The notes beneath the pieces are model-generated. The model made no database searches. It had not been told where the DNA came from and saw nothing but the letters and a program-made list of their open reading frames with translations. A DNA stretch of 64,000 nucleotides from positions 1-64,000 of the IMG/VR virus record IMGVR_UViG_3300030085_004590; one strand, 5' to 3'. Origin of the DNA: a virus. The position numbers and the translations under genes are program-made. The number at the start of each line of letters is the position of its first letter. Position 1 is the first letter of the stretch. Positions 58,308 to 64,000 of the stretch are shown in pieces.

Positions 58308-59262
58308 AAAGGTTTTAATCACAGGTGCTAATGGATTAGTAGGAAATTACACCGTACAAAAATGTATCGATAGAGGTGCATTCGTAACTGCAGTTGATAT
58401 TGTTGAACCAACAAATCAAATCGAAAAATATAAGGATGAAAATTATCAATTCATCAAAGCAGATTTAAGAGAATTTAAAAGTTGTAAAAGAGTTGTCGAA
58501 GGACAAGATATAATACTTCATATTGCAGGTGTTAAAGGTTCACCTAAAAGAGCAATGGAACAACCAGCAGATTATTTTGTACCAATGTTACAATTTAATA
58601 CCAATATGATGGAAGCAGCAAGATTAGAAGATGTAGAGTGGTATGTATATACATCGACTGTTGGTGTTTATCAACCCGCTGAGGTATTTTATGAGGATGA
58701 TGTATGGAAAACCTTCCCATCAGAAAAAGATAAGTATGCTGGATGGGCAAAGAGATTGGGTGAATTACAAGCTGAAGTATATTCAGTATCATTCGATTGG
58801 AATAAAGCATCAGTTGTAAGACCAGCAAACATTTATGGTAGACATGACAACTTCGGACCAGAATCAACAGTAATCGCTTCACTTATTAAAAGATTATTTG
58901 GTGAAAAAGAACATCCACTAATTTGTTGGGGAGATGGAACACCAATCAGAGATTTTATTTATGCTGGTGATGTTGCAGATGGAATCATAAAAGCATACGA
59001 ACAAAAATTAACACAACCAATCAATTTAGGTAGTGGTACTGGTGTTACTATTAAAGAACTTGCAGAAACTCTCGTAGAAATATACGAAGATATGTATGGA
59101 GTTAAAGTTGGTATCGAATGGGATACTACAAAACCAAATGGTGATGCAAAAAGATTAATGAGTACAGAAAGAGCAGAATCTTTCGGTATCAAACAACAAG
59201 TATCCTTAAAAGAAGGATTAAAAGAAACAATAGATTATTATTTAAATGAATTTAAAAAATGA
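58297..59262 (+). CDS. NDP-sugar epimerase/reductase (GDP-fucose synthase-like)
   Basis: TGANGLVG, RPANIYG..DNF, WGDGTP.RDF.Y and NLGSG. Confidence 0.85.
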   Translation: MNGKKVLITGANGLVGNYTVQKCIDRGAFVTAVDIVEPTNQIEKYKDENYQFIKADLREFKSCKRVVEGQDIILHIAGVKGSPKRAMEQPADYFVPMLQFNTNMMEAARLEDVEWYVYTSTVGVYQPAEVFYEDDVWKTFPSEKDKYAGWAKRLGELQAEVYSVSFDWNKASVVRPANIYGRHDNFGPESTVIASLIKRLFGEKEHPLICWGDGTPIRDFIYAGDVADGIIKAYEQKLTQPINLGSGTGVTIKELAETLVEIYEDMYGVKVGIEWDTTKPNGDAKRLMSTERAESFGIKQQVSLKEGLKETIDYYLNEFKK

Positions 59263-60251
59263 AAAAAACAGATAAAATTTTAGTTACCGGAGCAAGTGGA
59301 TTTATAGGTTCACGATTAATCAAAATGTTATATGAATTAGGTTATGTAAACATTCGTGCAACATCATGGAGTAGAGATTTACGAAATGATTTTGAAGGCT
59401 GTGAAAACATAGAACACATAAAAGGAAACTTGCAAGATGCAGACTTTTGTGAGATAGTGTCGAAAGGATGTGATGTTATATTTCATGCAGCTGCTAATAC
59501 ATCGAACGCATTAGATACAAAATATAATCCGCTTCTCCATGTAACTCCCAATATAGAAATGAATGTAAATCTTATGGAACAATCATGGAAACATGGGGTT
59601 AAAAAGTTTATCTTTATATCATCAAATACAACTTATCCAGATTTAAAAGATGTACCTTGTACCGAAGATGTAGAAGTACAAACACCAGATATCGTACCAG
59701 TTTACAAAGCAGTAGGTTGGATGAAAAGATATTGTGAAACTCTTTGTGATTTCTTTTCAAATCAAATTCACAACCCAATGCAGTGTGTAATTATTAGACC
59801 TTCAAATGCATTTGGACCAAACGATAAGTACGATTTTGAAAAATGTCATGTTACACCTGCAAATATTAGAAAAGTTGCAGATAACCTAAATCCAATACCT
59901 GTTTGGGGAGATGGTACTGAAGTAAGAGATGTAATTCATGTTGATGATATGGTGAGTGGATTTATAACAGTTGCTGAAAAGGTTGATACATATGATATTT
60001 ACAATGTATCTTATGGTGAAGGATATACTGTTATGGAAGTACTTGATAAAATTAAAGAAATCGAAGGAAACACAAACCCAGTCGAATTCGTAAACAACAA
60101 GGCACCAATGATACCTGTCAGATTATTAGATAATCAAAAATTAAAAGATTTAGGTTGGACACCAAAATACGATTTAGAAAGTGGATTAAGAGATGCACTA
60201 TCTTGGTATAAGGAAAATAAAGACCAATTTAATCCAAATTCAAAACCTTAA
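59259..60251 (+). CDS. NDP-sugar epimerase/reductase (GDP-fucose synthase-like), paralogue
   Basis: TGASGFIG, RPSN.FGP.D, HV.PA and WGDGTE.RD. Confidence 0.85.
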   Translation: MKKTDKILVTGASGFIGSRLIKMLYELGYVNIRATSWSRDLRNDFEGCENIEHIKGNLQDADFCEIVSKGCDVIFHAAANTSNALDTKYNPLLHVTPNIEMNVNLMEQSWKHGVKKFIFISSNTTYPDLKDVPCTEDVEVQTPDIVPVYKAVGWMKRYCETLCDFFSNQIHNPMQCVIIRPSNAFGPNDKYDFEKCHVTPANIRKVADNLNPIPVWGDGTEVRDVIHVDDMVSGFITVAEKVDTYDIYNVSYGEGYTVMEVLDKIKEIEGNTNPVEFVNNKAPMIPVRLLDNQKLKDLGWTPKYDLESGLRDALSWYKENKDQFNPNSKP

Positions 60252-60255
60252 TAAA

Positions 60256-60801
60256 ATGAGTGAACCAAAGTTTACACCATACTTAGATGCGTTAACAGAA
60301 GCAATGAAATTAAGTATGGAAGATGATAAAACTATATTCATCGGACAACAAATTGTTTATTATGGAAATCCAATGAGTAAAACCATTGAGGGATTACCAA
60401 AAGAAAGAATGATAGAAACACCAGTAATGGAAGAAGTTCAAATGGGTATGAGTTTAGGTCTTGCAATGTCTGGTCACAATGTGGTAAGTTTTTATCCAAG
60501 ATGGGATTTCTTAATTTGTGCAGCAAATCAATTGGTAAATCATTTAGATAAAATAAACATCATGTCAGATGGTGATTGGAATCCAAATGTAATTATAAGA
60601 GTTGGTAAAGGAAGTGATGTTCCATTAGACCCTGGTCACCAACACAAGGCAGATTATACAGAAGAATTCAAAACAATATTAAAACATACAAATGTAGTTA
60701 AACTTGATTCCCATGAAAAGATTCTACCTGCATACAAAAAAGCATTAAAAGGTGGTATTTGGGTGATGGTAGAATATCCTCAATTATATTATGAGAATTA
60801 A
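60256..60801 (+). CDS. TPP-dependent E1 beta / transketolase pyrimidine-binding-domain subunit
   Basis: Y..AL..AM, ETPV.E...G...GLA, DF...A.NQLVN and G.QH; start likely ATG 60256; lacks the C-terminal domain. Confidence 0.85.
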   Translation: MSEPKFTPYLDALTEAMKLSMEDDKTIFIGQQIVYYGNPMSKTIEGLPKERMIETPVMEEVQMGMSLGLAMSGHNVVSFYPRWDFLICAANQLVNHLDKINIMSDGDWNPNVIIRVGKGSDVPLDPGHQHKADYTEEFKTILKHTNVVKLDSHEKILPAYKKALKGGIWVMVEYPQLYYEN

Positions 60802-62251
60802 AAGAGTATTTGATGTAAAAGGACCAATGGGGTTTGTACCTAATGGTATTAATTGGAATTTTACAAACATTTTTTGGAAATATAACTTTTATGTTACTCA
60901 TAAACTTATAGATGAGTTCAATGAAACATATGGACAGATTGGAGTATATGATTGTAATTTAAATTTATCAGAAGATTCAACAAAAAATTATCATATTAGT
61001 AATTTACATTACGATTCTAAAACAAAACTTGTAAACGGTAATAGAACAGAAAATTATTTCTATACTATTCATCCCTTTGGAAATATAAATGTATCAAGTG
61101 GTTCTGAACCAACTTATCATCAAGGTAGACATAGTTTCGATTTTATATCTAAAAAAGCAAAAGATTGTACAAATGCAAAAAACTTTTGGTTAGTTTATGA
61201 TTATAGTAGTGAAGGTGATATAAGACCTCACATTTTTAAGGAATTACACAAGGCATGTAAACGAAATAAAATTAACCCATCTAAAGTAATTGTAATTACT
61301 GCATCTGAAAATACATTTGATATTTATAAACAATATTTAAATAAACATCCACAAGAAAATTTATTTTATACGGCATTTTATCCTTGGTCATTATTAGGAA
61401 AAGCAAAAGATACTAATGCTATTTTAATTGAAAAGAAAAAAATTCATTTTAATAGTTTTAAAAATGAAAATTCATTAATGGAAGATAGTGAATTTGATTT
61501 ATTAACTAATAGAGAATCACACGCATTATGTTTAAATAGAAGATTAGCTGCACATAGAGTTGTAATTATTAGTTGGTTACTAGAAACTGGTTTATTTGAA
61601 AAAACAAAAACATCATTTGATTTATCGATGAGACATAATCATGATGAAATTGGATTAAATTTGGCATCTACAAGACCAGAACAAGGTGGACCATATCTTT
61701 CAAGTCAAGATAAGATTAACCAAATTCTTTCAGGTTTTAGAAAAATGAAAAAATTAGGAAAAAGTGTAGTTGATACTGAAGATATAAAAGGAGTATGGGG
61801 TTTTGCATTTGAAGATGCAAAAAATTATAAATCTACTTACTTTTCAATTGTAACCGAAACTCTATTTTATGAATTAGGTAATTATATTTCAGAAAAAACA
61901 TGGAAACCAATACAACATTTACATCCTTTTGTATTCGTAGGTAGACCTGGAATGTTAAAGTATTTACATAGTTTAGGATTTAAAACCTTTTCAGATTTTT
62001 GGGATGAAAGTTATGATACGATTGAAGATAATCCAACAAGGATGGATAAAATCTGTGAAGTTGTTTCTTTTCTTTTAAATAAATCTAAAGAAGAATGGGA
62101 TGAACTTAATAAAAAATTAAAACCAATTCTTATTCATAATAGAAACTTACTATTAACATTTCAAGAATATACTGTTGGGAATATTTATAAAAGTAAACTA
62201 GATGAATTAATTTCAAATGAACCTAATCAAAAAAATTATTACTTACTTTAA
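60791..62251 (+). CDS. putative glycosyltransferase (GT10-like motif), paralogue 4
   Basis: LNRR..HR, YFSIVTET, YISEKTWKP, HPF..G and GF.TF..FWDESYD. Confidence 0.5.
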   Translation: MRIKRVFDVKGPMGFVPNGINWNFTNIFWKYNFYVTHKLIDEFNETYGQIGVYDCNLNLSEDSTKNYHISNLHYDSKTKLVNGNRTENYFYTIHPFGNINVSSGSEPTYHQGRHSFDFISKKAKDCTNAKNFWLVYDYSSEGDIRPHIFKELHKACKRNKINPSKVIVITASENTFDIYKQYLNKHPQENLFYTAFYPWSLLGKAKDTNAILIEKKKIHFNSFKNENSLMEDSEFDLLTNRESHALCLNRRLAAHRVVIISWLLETGLFEKTKTSFDLSMRHNHDEIGLNLASTRPEQGGPYLSSQDKINQILSGFRKMKKLGKSVVDTEDIKGVWGFAFEDAKNYKSTYFSIVTETLFYELGNYISEKTWKPIQHLHPFVFVGRPGMLKYLHSLGFKTFSDFWDESYDTIEDNPTRMDKICEVVSFLLNKSKEEWDELNKKLKPILIHNRNLLLTFQEYTVGNIYKSKLDELISNEPNQKNYYLL

Positions 62252-62333
62252 AAATAAGAAGAGAGAACGAATCTATAAAAAAAAGTTAGAAGAACTTCGT
62301 AAAAGAGACCCCTTCATCTACAAAAACCATTAA
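62217..62333 (+). CDS. small basic protein (38 aa, ...KKKLEELRKRDPFIY)
   Basis: MNLIKKIITYFKNKKRERIYKKKLEELRKRDPFIYKNH*; ATATTTATA at 62181-62189 upstream. Not in the ORF track. Confidence 0.7.
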   Translation: MNLIKKIITYFKNKKRERIYKKKLEELRKRDPFIYKNH

Positions 62334-62378
62334 TTCTTATTTCTAACATATTTATATACTGATAAGGTATATTGGAAT

Positions 62379-64000
62379 ATGAACAAACTCTCACAATTTC
62401 TTGTAGAGCAAATGCTCCTAGAGGATGAAAGTCCTATTAAGAAGGTCGTAGTAGTATATGGTGGTAGGTTTCAACCTATGCACAAAGGACACTACGGTAC
62501 ATACCAACATCTTGTCAAAAAATTCGGTAGAAATAATGTTTTTATCAGTACTTCCAACAAAGTAGAAAGACCAAAATCACCTTTTAACTTCAAAGAGAAG
62601 GTGAAAATCATGACTACAATGTTCAATATACCTAAATCAAAAATAGTACAGGTAAAAAACAATTATGCTCCAACAGAAATCCTCAAAAAATACGATAAAA
62701 ACACAACCGCCTTCATAACCGTTGTTGGTGAAAAGGATGCAGGAAGATTGGGTGGAAAGTATTTCAAACCATGGAAAGGAAAAGCAGAGGTTGGTTATGA
62801 GGATGGTGGTTATGTTTATGCCGCACCATCAAGTGGTGGTGGTATAAGCGGAACTGAAACTCGTAATGGGTTATCAGTAGGGTCGGATGACCAGAAGAAG
62901 TCTTTCTTTAAATCTCGTGCATATGGAAAGTTCAATGCAACGATTTTTAAGATGATTACGGACAAACTTAATGAGGGAGTAATCGAGATTTCTAAAGAAA
63001 GGATTGAAGAATGGCTCATCAACGAAAGTTCGAAGATGAGTTCAGGTCAAGTGGATGATGGGCCAAACTTCTTTTTCCCTAACTATGATGTATATTCTCG
63101 TATCAATGTAAAAAGAGCAGCAAAGATTGGATTTGAGGTAGTAAATATGATTACTTCTAAAGAAATCGAGGATTACTATGACCATCCAAGTTATCCTGAT
63201 GGGCCAGTAAAGGCAGTTACTTATTTCCCTGCTGGTGTTTTGGGTACAACAACCGCAACAAACCAAATTGATATTTATTCATCAAAAGCGTATTCCGATT
63301 GGTACAAACATTCAACTCGTAAAGCATCAATGGTTGGTTATGAGTTAGTTAAATCACTTGCAAATAAAGAAGATTTAAAACAAGATAAAGAACAATCAGT
63401 AGAAGATGCAAAAGGAGATAAGGTTTCTCAGAAAGAATACGAAGCATCTTTAAATGAAGCAATTACATTACCAGTTGAAGTTGGTGATACAATTCTAACT
63501 GGTAGATTTAAAAACAAAAAAACAGTTGTTAAAACTATTGGTAAAGATGAACATGGAATGCCAACTATTAATGGTAGAAAAGTTGTAAACTTTAGATTAG
63601 TGAAAGAAGGATTCCAAGCAATTTTTGAAGATGATGCAGATAAATATACTCATGTAGGTGGTGGTAACTACAAACCAAAAGGAAAAGAAGATGATGAAGA
63701 TGCACCTACTTTCAATAAAGATGGAGATAGATTTGTTCAAGTAGATAAAGGTGGTGATGATAAACCACAAGATGCTAAATCAAAAATTAGTGGTAAAGAT
63801 ATGTTCAAACATTCACCAGATATTAAAAAAGAAAAAGAACCCAAAAAACAAGGATTCTTTTCTAAATTATTTGGTCTACCAAGTTCACCAGAAGAAAAGA
63901 AAAAAGTACTTACACTTAAAAGTATAGAAAATGTAGATGATAAAGAGTTTGCAAAACACATTAAGAAAAAAGTATTACCAAACCTACCAGATAAAAGTAA
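62379..64000 (+). CDS. multi-module protein with N-terminal HxGH nucleotidyltransferase domain (3' truncated by window)
   Basis: Open from ATG 62379 to the window end (540 codons); YGGRFQPMHKGH, VG.KD..R and ISGTE.R. Missing from the ORF track because it has no stop. Confidence 0.88.
   Translation, partial: MNKLSQFLVEQMLLEDESPIKKVVVVYGGRFQPMHKGHYGTYQHLVKKFGRNNVFISTSNKVERPKSPFNFKEKVKIMTTMFNIPKSKIVQVKNNYAPTEILKKYDKNTTAFITVVGEKDAGRLGGKYFKPWKGKAEVGYEDGGYVYAAPSSGGGISGTETRNGLSVGSDDQKKSFFKSRAYGKFNATIFKMITDKLNEGVIEISKERIEEWLINESSKMSSGQVDDGPNFFFPNYDVYSRINVKRAAKIGFEVVNMITSKEIEDYYDHPSYPDGPVKAVTYFPAGVLGTTTATNQIDIYSSKAYSDWYKHSTRKASMVGYELVKSLANKEDLKQDKEQSVEDAKGDKVSQKEYEASLNEAITLPVEVGDTILTGRFKNKKTVVKTIGKDEHGMPTINGRKVVNFRLVKEGFQAIFEDDADKYTHVGGGNYKPKGKEDDEDAPTFNKDGDRFVQVDKGGDDKPQDAKSKISGKDMFKHSPDIKKEKEPKKQGFFSKLFGLPSSPEEKKKVLTLKSIENVDDKEFAKHIKKKVLPNLPDKS

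Noticed and set aside
45018-62251. Interpretation as a bacterial LPS/capsule locus or chimeric contig
   Set aside because: There are no flippase, polymerase or export genes. The same promoter motif and GATC avoidance continue through this region and the structural genes.
1536-63961. Minus-strand ORFs of 60-145 aa and nested alternative-frame plus-strand ORFs in the track
   Set aside because: They lie within well-supported plus-strand genes, have shadow-frame composition and carry no motifs.
1-64000. CRISPR array, IS element, integrase or stop-codon reassignment
   Set aside because: No spaced direct repeats or transposase motifs were seen. Genes are full-length and tightly packed in the standard code, ending in TAA, TAG or TGA.

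Overview
This is an AT-rich, almost entirely plus-strand segment of a large contractile-tailed (T4-like baseplate) dsDNA phage. Its host is probably a Bacteroidetes/Flavobacteria member, judging from TTTG-N20-TAnnTTTG promoters and a peptide deformylase tail resembling flavobacterial SecA. In order, the window holds: (1) metabolic genes (thyA end, PspC domain, MetK, cytidylyltransferase, deformylase); (2) a lytic-transglycosylase-like gene, a gp55-like late sigma factor and a carbamoyltransferase; (3) a baseplate/tail module (7.3-26.1 kb); (4) sulfotransferases, a GIY-YIG nuclease, primase and a fused Mre11-Rad50; (5) rml genes; (6) a 2436-aa tail fibre and its partner; (7) a ~17 kb glycan-synthesis cluster (45-62 kb); (8) a nucleotidyltransferase polyprotein that runs off the end. 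The best candidate for a new system is phage-encoded glycosylation of the virion. Tail and baseplate proteins are packed with [S/T]-G-S motifs that are nearly absent from the enzymes. The glycan cluster (GT7-LamG fusions, GT10-like paralogues, TPP-dependent branched-sugar enzymes), together with sulfo- and carbamoyltransferases elsewhere in the window, could modify them. Part of the cluster is preceded by the same ATATTTATA late-promoter motif as the structural genes. Several genes missing from the ORF track were read directly from the sequence. All family calls and motif counts are by eye; no searches were run.
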